64,000 bases of DNA from an uncultured delta proteobacterium. Lineage in GTDB: Bacteria; Desulfobacterota; BSN033; UBA1163. Positions 43,993-56,132 of this stretch are shown here, in pieces. Both the position numbers and the translations under genes were made by a program. The DNA is taken from the NCBI GenBank assembly GCA_963711845.1, contig CAVQFR010000015.1, forward strand, positions 150,347 through 214,346, in the 5' to 3' direction. The notes under the pieces are model-generated. The model was given only the letters and a program-made list of their open reading frames with translations. It was not told where the DNA came from and searched no databases. Each line of letters starts with the position of its first letter. The stretch's first letter is position 1.

Positions 43993-44730
43993 GTACCTGT
44001 CTTGATCCCCATCGGAGTTATTCCGGCCACGTGGACTGTATGCCTGCAGTGTTTATTATCTCAAATCTGCTAAAATTTCTGCTGATAAATCACCACCCCT
44101 GTTCAATCCTTGATCACATCTCAACCTACTAAATTAATTAACTTATCTTCTCGTCCGTTATTTACGTCATTTATTACCTGAACAACGAGGGAACAAATCG
44201 TCTTTCCCAAATTAAGAAGCTGCAAAAACTACTCAATGAAATCAATAGGTTGTTTTTTTTGCCCAGAACTTGCTGGTCGGCATTAAATTCGCAGTTTCTT
44301 AGTAGCAAAGTTACAAAGGGTGATTTTTGTGCAAAAGCAAGATCAGCATAGTAAATATCGAAAACCAATAATAAATTCAGTCGGTTTGGCGTTTCAAGCG
44401 AAGATTTCTAACGGTCTCCATCTTTGCAAATAGAAAGTATGTCATTGCCATCTTGCCTTGGAGAGAAAGATAGCATGCTGAAGATACCAAGGTCGATTTA
44501 TGTCTTTCTTTTCGAAGGACGGATTATGTTCTTGCTTCTCTGCTTTCGATTGAAGAGAACAAGAATAACTATAAGCAATCGGTTGAAATTTTCGAACATT
44601 AGGAAATGGCTTACAACTTTTGAAGCACCTAGTTTAGGTTCCAAGAAATAGGTTAGAGAAACATCTTTCTCAAAAAGTCTTCGCCGCCTATAGAGATTAT
44701 TTATTCCATCAGAGGAAAGGGGTCTTAGGT

Positions 44731-47485
44731 ATGTCAAACTGGCATTCAATGGAAGCAGATCAGGTCTTAAAGGAACTGAATACGGATCCTCGTCAGGGTT
44801 TAACCGTAGAAGAGGTTCGAACTCGACTTGAAAAGTATGGCTACAATGAACTCAAAAAGGAAGAAAAGATTTCAGCCTTCTCCATCTTCATTAATCAATT
44901 CAAAAACATCCTGATCATCATCCTCCTCATTGCGATAGGCCTTTCAGCGGCTGTCGGGGAAATTGTGGATGCTGCCATCATCGGGGTCATCGTCGTCTTT
45001 TGTGCAGTTCTTGGATTAATTCAGGAGTATCGTGCAGAGCGTGCTCTAGAGGCACTTAAGAAAATGCTTTCTCCCACGATCACCGTTTTAAGAGGAAAAA
45101 AAGAGGAAGAAGTTCCTACGAAAGAACTTGTACCAGGAGATGTATTGCTTTTGGAAGCAGGGGATAAGATTCCTGCAGATGCCAGAATTGTTGAAAACTT
45201 TTCTCTTCGATGCGATGAGGCGCCGCTCACCGGGGAGTCCGTGCCCATAGGAAAGGATGTGAAGACCTTACCCAAGGATGTGCGTGTTAGTGATAGAAAG
45301 AACATGGTCTTGACGGGGACCACAGTTACCTACGGCAGAGGTAAGGCCGTTATCACATCCACAGGGATGAACACAGAGTTTGGCAAGATTGCTGAGGAGG
45401 TAACCGCAGTAGAAGCTGAGAAGACTCCTCTCGAAAAAAGGACAGAAGAGATAGGCAAATGGCTTGGAATCACGGCTCTTTCCATATGTTTCTTCGTTGC
45501 AGGAATAAGCATCGTCAGGGAGGCTTTAGGTGGCAAGATTGACTTGCCGTTTATCATCACCATGGTGATGTTTGCCATCGCTCTTGCAGTAGCCGCAGTC
45601 CCTGAGGCATTAGCAGCCATTGTCACGGGCGCTCTCGCCATCGGCATGCATCAGATGGCTAAAAGAAATGCACTGATCAGAAAGATGCCAGCGGTGGAAA
45701 CCTTAGGCTGTACCACAGTGATATGCTCGGATAAGACCGGCACCCTCACGAAGGGTGAGATGACGGTAAGAAAAATATTTGCCGGCGGAAGAATGATCGA
45801 GGTGACGGGCGCCGGTTATGAACCTGTTGGAGAGTTCAGGGGGTCGGGTAAAATTAATGTGGAGGAGAGTGAACCGATACGCAAACTTCTTTTAGGAGGT
45901 CTTCTCTGTAATGATTCAGTCGCTTGAAAAGACCGAGGGCAAGTGGATGGTCAAGGGGGATCCTACGGAAGGCGCCCTCGTTGTCGCTGCCGTGAAGGCA
46001 GGGTTGCATGAGACGGAGGTAAGGCTGGAAAACTCAAGGGTGGAAGAGATTCCTTTCAGCTCCGAGAGGAAAAGGATGACCACGATCCATCAAATGTCCG
46101 ATGGAAAGCGAATGGCCTTTATGAAAGGCGCTCCGGAAGCGGTCTTGCAGAGATGTACTCATATCTTGGAAGAAGACGGCATTCGGGAACTGAAAGAGAC
46201 GGAAAAGAGCAGGATCTTAAAAGCGAACGAAGATATGGCCCAAGGCCGCATTGAGGGTTCTCGGATTTGCCTTTAGAGACTGTCTCCGACACACATTGAA
46301 TGTACGGAAGAATGCTCTTGAGCGGGATATGGTCTTTGTCGGGTCTTGCAGGGATGATCGATCCGCCGAGAGGAGAAGCCATCGAAGCCATCGCCGTCTG
46401 CAAGCAGATTCACATTAAGCCCGTCATGATCACGGGCGACCACAAGCTCACCGCCGTGGCCATTGCGAAGGAAATGGGGATATATCGGGAGGGCGATATC
46501 GTAATGATCGGCGAGGATCTGGCAAAGATGACGGAGGAAGAACTTGAGAAGATTGTCCACAAGGTTACGGTTTACGCCAGGGTATCCCCTACGGACAAGC
46601 TGAAGATCGTTAAAGCCTGGAAGAACAGAGGCGAGGTTGTGGCCATGACAGGCGATGGCGTCAATGATGCGCCTGCCCTAAAACATGCCGATATCGGGGT
46701 GGCCATGGGCATCACCGGGACAGAGGTGTCAAAAGAGGCGGCGGATATGGTGCTCAGCGACGATAACTTTGCCACCATAATAAAAGCCATAGAGCGCGGG
46801 CGATGGATCTACGATAATATCAAGAAGTATCTCACCTTTCTCTTGCGGTGCAACATCACCGAAGTGGTCGTTATCGGCGGGGTGGTTTTAATTTCCGGCC
46901 CCGAGTATTTGCCTCTTCTGCCGGCGGCCATACTGTACATGAACCTGGCGACGGACGGACTCCCGGCACTTGCCTTAGGCATAGCGCCCCCTGATCCCGA
47001 TATCATGCAAAGACCACCGAGAGATCCCAAAGGAAAGCGTCTTTTCATGGGATGTGAGGACGTTCATCTGGATGGCATTGATTGATAGAGATTCCCTTCT
47101 TCTTCTATTCTCTTCTACCACGAACTCACGGACATCACAGCAGGCAAGGACAGAAATATTCTTCCTGTTCATCATCATTGAGCTGATCATCGCTCTCAAC
47201 TTCCGTTCCATGAGATACAGCATCTTCAAGGTTGCCTCCTCACAAATGGCTTGTCCTGGCCCTTGTATGGGAAATCATAATGATCTTCGTGTTGATCCAG
47301 TTTCCATCGGTCCGCGAAGCCTTCGGAATAGATCAAGCCTTCGATCTCAGAGTCTCGGGATCATATTCGGCTTTTGGGGTGATCTTGTATTTATCTCAAT
47401 GGAGGTGATCAAGGCGATTTTAAGGAGAAGGATGGTTTCAACACGAAGGGCATTTGCGGTGTCTGCCGAACCATCAGTTAGTTAG
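44731..47485 (+). pseudogene. Divergent type IIA P-type ATPase, multiply frameshifted
   Basis: ORF pieces 44731-45927, 45911-46276, 46300-47085 and 47054-47485 carry successive ATPase motifs. Confidence 0.88.
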
Positions 47486-47572
47486 ATGTTAAATCAGGCC
47501 TTCTCAAGCTTAGGACGCCTTTTGTGACATTTTTTCTTCTCTTTCATTCCAAGGGGAAGGGGGTGAACGAAG

Positions 47573-47776
47573 ATGGGGGACATAGGAATCAACTTCAGCT
47601 GGGGTTATGTTGGGGCTATCGTTGTTGGGGTATTCATCGGTTTCGTGGTAGGAGAAGTTGTCGAAAGAGGATTAAGAGATGTCTGGGCAAGGAGAAGACG
47701 GGAATTGTCTTCGAAGATGCCGAAGCGCGATTTAACCCAACAAAGGATATCGCAGACAGCTATAAATTCAAAATAA
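47573..47776 (+). CDS. 67-aa single-TM small protein, copy B
   Basis: Protein identical to 40262-40465. Confidence 0.75.
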   Translation: MGDIGINFSWGYVGAIVVGVFIGFVVGEVVERGLRDVWARRRRELSSKMPKRDLTQQRISQTAINSK

Positions 47777-48275
47777 CCAGTTTTGATTTAAGGAAGGATT
47801 TGAAGAGAAAGTGACTAGCCAATCAATTGGCTTGCTTTATATCCAATACTAAAGGCTTCATTCATTTTACAAAACTTGCCATCCCTTTTTTTCTTCATAA
47901 GTATATCAAGTGAAGTGTTTATTGTTTTCTCTGTGATGCCACCTGTTCGATAAGATCCTTTAAAAAGGCATCCCAGGATGACTTACGGCGATGATATCTC
48001 CTGAGATGGTCATCGCTGCGGGATAAAGGCTTCGCAGGGAGTCACAGTGAAGTTGACCCGATTCAGTCTCGAGCCTTTCCTTGGTGTGGCTATCAGAAGT
48101 TGGATTTAATAGATGAAAATTGGTTCACTACCAGCAATCCTGCTATCCCTTACTAGGAGATGAAAAAGACCGGCAAGGATTTGCTCATAAACCTTAAAAG
48201 CAATCTTAGAGTGGACATTTGTGCATTCTGAAATTTGAATCCACCCGTAGATTAGACTCTGTTTATTTACTTTTA

Positions 48276-50982
48276 TCACCGAATAACTTCCAAGAGTTCT
48301 TCGACCAGGGAGCGAGCCTCGGCCTCGGGCAAACAGTATTTCATCTCTGTGAATTTCTTTCTGAATTGAGACACCTCTTTGGCCATGGGGCGGTCTTTCA
48401 GGATGACCTGACCCATGTACTTCTGCTAAGTGAACAAAGTCTTCCTCTCTCATCCCGAATCGGGTCATCTCCTGAACGCCCATCCTCAGACAACTTGCCG
48501 TGGTAAAGGCTTCGTCATCCGGTGCACCCTGATAGTTGACGATGATGTTATTTTCTTCCAATCGCTCAGCGATTAATGGCCCCTTTCCATAGCCCACCCT
48601 GACGATCACCTGATGGGTCTCTGTATACCCGACTCTTGGATCTCCCTCCACCATTAATCCCTGATCCTTCAGGGCACGGGCAAAGGCCTTGGCATTGGAG
48701 ATCACCGCCTTCTGATAATCCGACTTGAAGGCATTCATTTCATAGGCGGCAAGCAGGAGGCCCACCAAGTGTTCCCAGGTGATGGTTGCTGACGCTTCCG
48801 GGAAAGACCCGGCGGACAATCGCCTCCCAGAGTTCTTCGTATTCCGTTCCCTCTGACATGTTGCTTGCAATCAACCCTCTCTGAGGTCCGAAAAGAGTCT
48901 TATGAGTAGAGCCCGTGACGATGTCGGCTCCTTCCTTGAAGGGTTCTTGAAAATGGGGTCCGATTAATCCCAAAACATGGGCCATATCATAGAGGAGGAT
49001 CGGTTTGGGATTCATGGAGGCGATCATTTCAGCGATCTCCCTCAACGGCTCTTTATAGATCACCATGCTCTTGCCCAGAATGATCAATTCGGGTTTATGC
49101 TCTTCGATGAGTTCTTTCGCCTTTCGAAGATCGATCCGATACAAATCTTCTTTCAACACCGGGAAGGGAATGGTGGCCGGCCTTTCGGTGGAGGGATCAT
49201 GGGCGATGAAGTCTTTCAGGGCACCCATGGGCTGGGCGCTGAGATGACCTCCTCTTCCAAGATGGTGGTTCATCACCTTTCTGATCTTGCGAGGTTCGCT
49301 TCTCCGGTCCAGGCGATTGAGGTAATCCACGATCCCGCTGAAGACAGCCGTATTGGCCATCTGACCACTGATCACCCTCGCCTCCACTTCGGAGCAGCCC
49401 GATGAAGCGTCGAAGCTCATCTGCGGCAAGGACCTCAACCTCTCCGATCAACTTCGTCCCCTGATAATAGAAGACATCGCTTTCTCTAAAGGCCTTCATC
49501 AACCGGTGTTCAGCATATCTGCCCGATGGATCGGAAATCGTAAGAAGTCTCACAAGAAGAGAGGGGGTCGATTCCGAAGGGATGAGGTTGAATGTCTCTT
49601 TCTGTCTCCAACGGGTATTTTCGACCACACGGCGGACCAATCTTGCCGCCGAATCCCTCAAGCTCCCTGTCGGGACCTCTCTTTTCCTTGGCCCTTGAAT
49701 CAGAATAGGACGGGCGTAAGGCGGAGCCTCGCTGGAGAGATGCCTTTCTACGATCACCCCTTCAAACTTCTTTCCCCGGTAGGAAACTTCTATCCTCTGC
49801 CCCTCCTTCAAATCTGAATCGATATAAGCGAGGGCAATCGATCTCATTCTTTTTTCATCGGTAGGTTCTGAAAGGATTCCCCGATCGGAGAAAACCCAAT
49901 AGGGAACCATCGTCCCGCTCGTCACATGTCCAGCCGGTTCTCCATTGGCAAAAACTTCGTACCCCTGTCTGGCAATCCCCTGACCGCTGAGGGTGATCGG
50001 GAATATCCTTTTAGGAACCAACTGCCTTTCTTTAGGAGGTAAAGGTTTTCCACTCTCTCTTGCCGTCACCTCTTCAAATTGCCTTCTCAGGATATCCCTT
50101 CCGATGAATTCTCCTTTTAAAGGAGAGAAACTCATTGCCAACCTTGCCGCCGAAGGGACGGCATAAATGGGGATATCGATTCCCTGCGGATCGAGCCCTA
50201 ATTCGTGACCATAAAGGGGAAGTCCTGCTTCCAGTCTCAGGGTATCCCTCGCCCCTAAACCCACCGGAACAATCCCCTCTTCCTCTCCGGCGTCGAGGAT
50301 CTTCTCCCAGATGAGCCTTAACTTCTCCCCCGGCAAAAATAGTTCGAAACAGATGGGTTCACCGGTGTATCCTGTTCTTGAGATCGTGATATGGACTTGC
50401 TCTCCCTCTAACTCACAAACCCTTAAGCGATTTCTCCATGGGTCAGGAAGTTTTGCGTGATCTTCTAAAAGAATCTTTTCCAATACTCTCCTGGCGTGAG
50501 GACCCTGGAGGGCGATCATCCCGATTTCATCCGTTTTGTCATCGATCACCAGATTCTTGTAATCGCTTCTTATGATCGAGAAACCAATTCCAGTCTTTCT
50601 CCTTATTCGCCGCATTCACAACAAGGAGATAATTTGTTTCCAGAGAAGGGTCTCCTTCTTCCAGCCGATAGAGGTAGGCATCGTCAATCGAACCTCCCTC
50701 TTCATTCTGAATCAGCGTGTACTGGGCCACACCGGGATCAAGGGCCGTCACATTGTTCGTTAAGACATGCTGCATAAAAGGAATCGCGTCTATCCCGCGA
50801 ATCAAAAAACGTCCCATATGGGAGATATCGAACAGCCCGCCAAATTTCCTTGTTTTCAGATGCTCCTCGAGGATCCCCTGTTGATAAGCAACGGGCATTT
50901 CCCAACCGGCAAACTCAATCATTTGCCCGCCGTGTTCCCTGTGCCATGAATTGAGCGGCGTCCGTTTTAGATCTTTTACCAT
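48276..50982 (-). CDS. gcvT-glyA: Fused aminomethyltransferase GcvT - serine hydroxymethyltransferase GlyA (frameshifted in this assembly)
   Basis: FAGWEMP, LFDISHMG, SRTGYTGE, GLGARDTLRLEAG then NLIPSE, YDMAH, GSTHKTLFGPQRG, LRMGVQEMTRFG; fusion point lies in one open frame (49197-50615). Confidence 0.85.
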
Positions 50983-51006
50983 GGACCTTCTCCTTTCACC
51001 AGGACC

Positions 51007-51165
51007 TTAACAGGCTGCTGAAAAACGCTCATCTGCTTCGTTACGCTCATCCTTCGTCGCTGCGGCGTACCGCCAAGTACCTCTCACTCTCAGGATTTCG
51101 GGCGCCCTGCATCTGAGCATTTTTCAGCAGCCTGATAAAAATGGTTTTTTTCAGCAATTTGTTAA
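51007..51165. mobile_element. MITE-like element with terminal inverted repeats
   Basis: caggctgctgaaaaacgctca / tgagcatttttcagcagcctg (20 of 21 match), plus a second outer IR ending ttgttaa. Confidence 0.7.
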
Positions 51166-51194
51166 ATCTTGAAGTCTTTCTCTGTTGTGAATCC

Positions 51195-51223
51195 ATTCTA
51201 CATGACTCCGGTCAAGCAATCAA
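51195..51223 (-). promoter_or_regulatory. Putative sigma70 promoter for gcvT-glyA
   Basis: TTGATT-17 bp-TAGAAT on the minus strand. Confidence 0.45.
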
Positions 51224-51239
51224 CGCCCTGCCGGAGACC

Positions 51240-51274
51240 AAATAGAAAAGCCCCGAAACGGGGCTTTTCTATTT
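51240..51274 (-). terminator. Intrinsic (bidirectional) terminator after the MFS gene
   Basis: aaatagaaaagcccc-gaaac-ggggcttttctattt. Confidence 0.85.
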
Positions 51275-51308
51275 GAAATCATGTATGACACCGCTATCTT
51301 TATCGCGA

Positions 51309-52583
51309 CTAATCGGCGGCCTGAAGTATAGGAGCAGGTTTGGCCTCGGCTGCTACGGGCACTGTCTTTTTGGCAGGGGCCTTCGTAAAGAAGGTCAGAA
51401 CCGCAGCCAAAATCATGAGGCCTGCCGCAATGGTATAAGCCATGCTGTAATTGCCTGTGCTATCTGCAATCCTTCCCGCCAGAATGGGCCCGAAGATTCC
51501 GCCGACGCCGTAGGCCGTAAAGAGAATCCCGTAATTCAATCCAAGATTCTTCATCCCCCAGTAGTCCCCGCAGGCTGATGGGAAGAGGGAGAGGCAGGAC
51601 CCATAGCAAATCCCGATAATGGCGGATCCAACGACGAATCCCGTGATCGTTGAGGCCCCTGAGAAGAGGAACATTATGATGGCCTGACCAACACTGACGA
51701 TGAAGATCGTCCTGATTCGACCAATTTTGTCGGAAAGCGCCCCTGCAAGAACCCGACCCCCTGCATTAAAGACTGCGAGGAGGGCAACAAATATGAAACC
51801 CAACTTGATGGTATTGTTCGACTGGACTGCCACAATCTTGGCAAGATGGCCGATGATCATCAGTCCGGCCAGGGCTCCGCAGGTAAATTCGAGCCAAAGG
51901 AGGTAGAAGGTGGGGGTTTTCATCATTTCTGTCCATGTGTAATCGTTCTGGCTGGCAGGAGCCGCTTTCGCCTGGGCTGGATTGGGTTTGGCAGCGACAG
52001 GCGAAGGGGGGTTCTTGATGAATCGGGTGATGATCAACGTGACGATCCCGAAGGCAATGCCAAGGATGAGAAAGGATTTGCTTACACCATAGCTGCCAAG
52101 GAGGTACTGGCTGACCGGGGCGACATAAACAGAAGCGAGGCCAAAGCCGGCGACTACGATCCCCGCGATCAAACCCTTCTTCGCTGGAGGGAACCATTTC
52201 ACGGCCGCTGGGGTTGCCGAGGCATACCCGAACCCGATCCCTGTGCCAGCCAGGATACCGAATCCGATGATGGCCGGAAGGGCGTTCCCGGGTGTGGAAA
52301 AACTGGTGACAATCATGCCTGCCGCCATCAGGATTGCTCCGATCGTTGCGATGATTCCCGGCCCGAGTTTATCTTGAAGACGGCCGGCAGGGATCATCAT
52401 GAGGGCAAAGACTCCGATTGCAATTGAGTAAGGCATTGCTGCTGCTGTCTTGCTCCAGCCAAACCCTCCCTTGTCAATGGCCTCGGTGAACTGTTTACCG
52501 AAAACGCTCCATGCATACAGGGTCCCTAAAGCCAGATTTAAACCCGTCCCTGAAAAAGTGACAAGCCAGCCTTTTCTACTCAT
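51309..52583 (-). CDS. OFA (oxalate/formate antiporter) family MFS transporter
   Basis: GTLYAWSVF, KWFPPAKKGLIAG..AGFG, FNAGGR..GALSDKIGR, KNLGLNYG. Confidence 0.9.
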   Translation of the reverse strand: MSRKGWLVTFSGTGLNLALGTLYAWSVFGKQFTEAIDKGGFGWSKTAAAMPYSIAIGVFALMMIPAGRLQDKLGPGIIATIGAILMAAGMIVTSFSTPGNALPAIIGFGILAGTGIGFGYASATPAAVKWFPPAKKGLIAGIVVAGFGLASVYVAPVSQYLLGSYGVSKSFLILGIAFGIVTLIITRFIKNPPSPVAAKPNPAQAKAAPASQNDYTWTEMMKTPTFYLLWLEFTCGALAGLMIIGHLAKIVAVQSNNTIKLGFIFVALLAVFNAGGRVLAGALSDKIGRIRTIFIVSVGQAIIMFLFSGASTITGFVVGSAIIGICYGSCLSLFPSACGDYWGMKNLGLNYGILFTAYGVGGIFGPILAGRIADSTGNYSMAYTIAAGLMILAAVLTFFTKAPAKKTVPVAAEAKPAPILQAAD

Positions 52584-52656
52584 CTTTTTCTCCTTCCGTC
52601 TTTAGTTCTGAAATGGCCTATAATTATAGTACTCGGAAGATAAAATTTCAATAAAA

Positions 52657-52784
52657 AAGTGAATTTTTTAACAAAATGAATTATTAATTTATTCATTAAT
52701 GATTTCAAATAATTATACTGAAAGTATCTTAAAAATATTTCAATTATGTTAACGCTAACATTGATGCTTGTGTTAACGATAACA
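52657..52784 (-). promoter_or_regulatory. Operator cluster: Rex-like site and two LacI-type palindromes
   Basis: AAGTGAA-TTTT-TTAACAA (52657-52674); TGTTAACGCTAACA (52747) and TGTTAACGATAACA (52771). Confidence 0.5.
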
Positions 52785-52949
52785 CTATTGCTAAGCAAAC
52801 CTCGTAAATCCTCCCGGTCTGCGCGGTAGAACCCGGTCTTCGTTCCCACTACCCCAAGCAAGCAAAATGATTCAGGATGATAAAGGGGTTACTGACTTGT
52901 AGTTTAGATAGGATTGATTTGATTGCGGGATTGTTTTAACTGACCACCT

Positions 52950-53366
52950 TCATTCTCCAATGATCTTGACAAGAACCCTCTTTCTTCGTCTGCCATCAAA
53001 TTCTCCGTAAAAAATCTGCTCCCACGGGCCAAAATCGAGCTTTCCCTCTGTGACCGCCACGACCACTTCTCTCCCCATGATCTGACGCTTTAAATGGGCA
53101 TCGGCATTATCTTCACCTACATTGTGACGATACTGAGAAACGGGTTGATGGGGGGCAAGCTTTTCCAACCATAAATCAAAGTCATGGTGAAGACCGGACT
53201 CATCATCATTGATGAAGACAGAGGCGGTAATATGCATGGCATTGACAAGAACCAGTCCTTCTCTAATACCACTCCCCCTCAAGCATTCTTCAACCTTGGG
53301 GGTAATATTGATGAAGGCCCGTCGTGTCGGCACTTCAAACCAGAGTTCTTTACGATAAGTTTTCAT
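52950..53366 (-). CDS. YjbQ family (secondary thiamine-phosphate synthase) protein
   Basis: [30 protein letters not shown]. Confidence 0.92.
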   Translation of the reverse strand: MKTYRKELWFEVPTRRAFINITPKVEECLRGSGIREGLVLVNAMHITASVFINDDESGLHHDFDLWLEKLAPHQPVSQYRHNVGEDNADAHLKRQIMGREVVVAVTEGKLDFGPWEQIFYGEFDGRRRKRVLVKIIGE

Positions 53367-53679
53367 CGATCTCTCCTTCAAACAGGCATAACATCCGGAT
53401 ACCTATGTCAGATAGAACGAGACATATTGAGCTTGTACAGTCCCGCTCCTGATGAGGAATGCTTTTACCACCTCCTCATGACAGGCTCCACAAATATAAT
53501 ACATCGGCGCAATGATAATGAAAATAACATTATCTCACCGAAGTCACGGTCAATATTATTTTACCGCGTTGGCAGGATCAGTTGACACCCCACTCCTGTC
53601 AATTTATAATTCCCTCGTTCATAGAATCACTTTAAGAACAGATGTTAGGCGACAAAAAAATATAGAGGAGGATCGAAAA

Positions 53680-54450
53680 TTGGGAGATGATCTTAACCGA
53701 TTCAGTCTGACGAATAGGGTGGCGGTCGTTACAGGCGCCAGCGAGGGCATTGGGGAGGCCATTGCTTTGGGATTAGCTGGAGCAGGGGCTGATGTCATTG
53801 TTTGCAGCCGGCGGGAAGAAAAACTGAAGGGGGTGAAGGCCGAAATAGAAAAGATGGGCCGGAGGGCAGAGGTGTTTGTCCTGGATGTTTGTAAGCTAAG
53901 GGATATTGAGAATCTTAGAGATTTTATTCTGAAACGATTTGGTAAGGTAGACATTCTGATTAATAATGCCGCTTTTACCGTAACCAAACCCGCATGGGAC
54001 GTGACGGAGGACGAATGGAACTTAATGGTAGACACCGGATTTAAGGGTCTCTTCTTCTGTTGTCAGATCATAGGGTCCATCATGCGACAGCACGGATATG
54101 GAAAAATCATTAACCTTAGTTCAACCTTTAGCCGCAGTATTATCAAAGGCCGCTCCGTATACGGGGGCATCAAAGCAGGGGTCTCACACCTCACGGAAGC
54201 ACTTGCTTTAGAGTGGGCAGCCGACGGGATAAGGGTAAACGCCCTTGCACCCACGGCCGTTCTCACTCCAAGCCGTAGAGATCTGTTGAAAGGTGAGGTT
54301 TTAGAGAGGATTCTTAGTCGTATCCCGTTGGGTCGGCTGGCCACCCCGGAAGATCTTGTGGGCGCCATGATCTACCTTTCCAGCCCGGCATCGGACTTTG
54401 TTACCGGGCATACGCTGTTTGTGGATGGAGGTTGGATAGCCGGCAGCTGA
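53680..54450 (+). CDS. Short-chain dehydrogenase/reductase
   Basis: TGASEGIG, INNAA, YGGIK, VTGHTLFVDGG; TTG start after GAGGAGG. Confidence 0.92.
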   Translation: MGDDLNRFSLTNRVAVVTGASEGIGEAIALGLAGAGADVIVCSRREEKLKGVKAEIEKMGRRAEVFVLDVCKLRDIENLRDFILKRFGKVDILINNAAFTVTKPAWDVTEDEWNLMVDTGFKGLFFCCQIIGSIMRQHGYGKIINLSSTFSRSIIKGRSVYGGIKAGVSHLTEALALEWAADGIRVNALAPTAVLTPSRRDLLKGEVLERILSRIPLGRLATPEDLVGAMIYLSSPASDFVTGHTLFVDGGWIAGS

Positions 54451-54482
54451 TGCATTTCCTCGATTCGCCATAATGGTATATT

Positions 54483-54619
54483 TAGAGTCCGTCCATAAAG
54501 TCTGTTAGTCCGTCATGCCGGACTTGATCCGGCATCCAGAGGATCTGGAAAACACTGGATTCCGGCTTTCGCCGGAATGACATCTCTTTATTAAAACCTT
54601 AGTTTATAATCAGACTCTA
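54483..54619. mobile_element. Short TIR element enclosing a REP-like doublet
   Basis: tagagtccgtccataaa / tttataatcagactcta outer IR; cgtcatgccggacttgatccggcatccag ... ctggattccggctttcgccggaatgaca. Confidence 0.6.
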
Positions 54620-54683
54620 TTTAGACCGGAATTAAGGAAGAAAAAGTCTTTTGTCTTTTCGTTGTTGGGCGGCTAAAACGCAG

Positions 54684-56023
54684 ATGACGAATAAACTCTT
54701 TGAGACTTTCCTCAAAGGCGTGCCTCTTGTCTTCAAGGGGGCGATTTTATTCGGGTTGTTCCTCACCAGTCTCTACAGCTTCATCCTTTTTCACAGTCTG
54801 GCAGAGATATTCAGCATCGTCATTGGTTGCAGCATTTTCATTCTCGCCTGGAACTCACGGCGTCGCCTGGACAATGATTTCCTCTTGTTTCTGGGGATTG
54901 CCTATCTGTTTGTCAGTGGCCTGGACCTGATACATACACTCGCCTACAAGGGGATGGGAGTGTTCCCAGGCTACGATGCGGATCTTCTCAACTCAGCTTT
55001 GGATCGTTGCTCGCTATGTCCAAGCCCTCTCGATGCTCATCTTCACTCTGTTTCTCCGTCGAAAGCTGAATGTCTATTTAACATTTCTGGGTTATGGCGT
55101 AGTCACTTCCCTCTTACTATGGGCAATTCTCGCTGGTGTCTTCCCAGCCTGTTTTGTGGAAGGCGTAGGGTTGACCCCGTTTAAGAAGGTCAGTGAATAC
55201 ATCATCTCGCTGATCTTTGTGGCCTCCGCGGTTGTATTGTTTCGAAAACGAGGAGCCTTCGACCCAAAAGTGATGAGCTGGTTGATCGCGGCGTTGGTCC
55301 TGACGATCGGCGCAGAATTGGCCTTTACGTTTTATATCAGCGTGTACGACTTTTCCAACCTGATCGGGCACTTCTTTAAAATCGTCGCGTTTTACCTCAT
55401 CTATAAAGCGATCACCGAAATGGGCTTGGAGAAGCCCCATCAGCTTCTGTTCAGGAACTTGAAACAGAGCGAGACCGCGCTGAGAAATGCGCTGGAGGAA
55501 GTGGAGCGACTCGCTATTACCGATTCTCTTACGGGCTTATACAACCACCGCCATTTGTTCGAGTTGGCAGGCCGTGAGTTCCAGCGCGCCCGTCGTTATC
55601 AGCTTCCCCTGTCAGTCATGATGGTGGATATTGACGAGTTTAAACGAGTGAACGATACCTATGGACATACTATCGGTGATCAAGTATTACAGGGGGTCGC
55701 CGAATGCTGCCGGAAGGAGCTCCGCGAGGTTGATGTGATCGGGCGTTACGGAGGCGATGAGTTCGTTGCCCTGTTGCCTGAAACGGATTTACCCGCTGCC
55801 TGCCAGGTCGCCGAACGCCTGAGGAAAAGCATCGCCGAAAGGGTTCTCGATATCAAGAGCTGGACGGATAACGGTCACGGTCAGTTTAGGTATTGCCGTC
55901 TTGGACGATGAACATCTCACGCCGGAATCTCTGCTCGACCGTGCAGACCAAGCCCTCTATGTTGCCAAACAAAATGGACGAAACCGGGTATGGAGCCAAT
56001 TCGGAGCCTACTCTGAAATCTGA
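54684..56023 (+). CDS. MASE3-GGDEF diguanylate cyclase (frameshifted at about 54985 and 55860)
   Basis: LFHSLAEIFSIVI, DLIHTLAYKGMGVF, GLTPFKKVSEY, REVD..RYGGDEF, ADQALYVAKQNGRNRV. Confidence 0.85.
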
Positions 56024-56132
56024 CAGAGCGAGGATTCATTGAGCCCGGCGTCGCTGAATCCGATGGTAGAGGTATTGTTGCTCGTTCCCAGATTCGCTCG
56101 ATGTATCCCAAGCGTGCCCCAAGGAGAGTTTC

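Larger units (their letters stand above)
41024..48334. repeat. Copy B of 7.3-kb tandem block
   Basis: Starts mid-kinase; ends in the GcvT-GlyA 3' end. Confidence 0.9.

Noticed and set aside
51080-51100. actctcagg resembling a glycine riboswitch
   Set aside because: Wrong strand for gcvT, lies within a TIR element, other motifs absent
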